Of a DNA stretch of 64,000 nucleotides, positions 63,727 to 64,000 are shown in pieces. The notes beneath the pieces are model-generated. The model saw only the letters and a program-made list of their open reading frames with translations. It had not been told where the DNA came from and searched no databases. How positions within the stretch are numbered: the first letter of the stretch is position 1; the number at the start of each line of letters is the position of its first letter. The translations under genes and the position numbers were made by a program. The DNA is from a virus (lineage: Duplodnaviria > Caudoviricetes): IMG/VR virus record IMGVR_UViG_3300028025_000089. One strand, written 5' to 3'.

Positions 63727-64000
63727 ATGAAAATAATAATAACAGAAAGTCAGTATAATCTTTTATTTGAAAATAAAAAAAATCAATCTTTATTTGATAT
63801 TATTAAATACGAAGGTTGGGAATCTGCCGCTGAATTAGTTGGAGGTATTGAGAATCTTAAAAAATTGACAGGAATTGAAACTCCTATAGATTTTTTAAAT
63901 ATTTTTACTGATTTGGATGTTGTTCAGAGTGAAGAAGAACCTGATTGGACTTTATTTAGGTATGAAAAAAAAAATAATGTAATGATTTACGATAGAAAAA
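63727..64000 (+). CDS. Leader-family protein (MKIIITESQYNLLFE), truncated at window end
   Basis: TATTTAT at 63715-63721; frame open to the window edge. Confidence 0.7.
   Translation, partial: MKIIITESQYNLLFENKKNQSLFDIIKYEGWESAAELVGGIENLKKLTGIETPIDFLNIFTDLDVVQSEEEPDWTLFRYEKKNNVMIYDRK

Noticed and set aside
1-64000. Alternative genetic code (stop-codon reassignment), as seen in some large phages
   Set aside because: Long conserved genes translate intact under the standard code, use TAA/TAG/TGA as stops, and coding density is high.

Overview
This is a 64-kb AT-rich, gene-dense, mostly plus-strand segment of a large (probably jumbo) tailed dsDNA phage genome. The host is most likely Bacteroidota, judged from TAnnTTTG promoters, the near absence of Shine-Dalgarno sites, SprB-like repeats, an Hc1 histone-like protein and a T9SS-CTD protein. 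From left to right: (1) Cys/Thr/Pro-rich virion-type proteins with an embedded glycosyltransferase resembling plant GT95/GT96 enzymes; (2) replication/recombination genes (RuvC-like resolvase, primase, PD-(D/E)XK exonuclease, SbcD/SbcC); (3) a putative restriction-modification pair; (4) a sigma-70 factor; (5) an amidase-centred lysis block; (6) about 17 proteins sharing an N-terminal leader ending in (I/L/V)-x-E, mostly under a TATTTAT motif, with diverse payloads (LRR, HExxH, glycine zipper plus annexin-like repeat, peptidoglycan-binding motifs); (7) accessory genes (DnaJ, Dam, thioredoxin, glutaredoxin, glutamine synthetase II, NUDIX, RlpA, a T9SS cargo protein) and an RNA-repair toolkit. 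Three promoter classes suggest a transcription cascade. Two GC-rich structured intergenic ncRNA candidates are present. No tRNA, rRNA or CRISPR array was found. All family assignments come from motif recognition by eye; no database searches were run.
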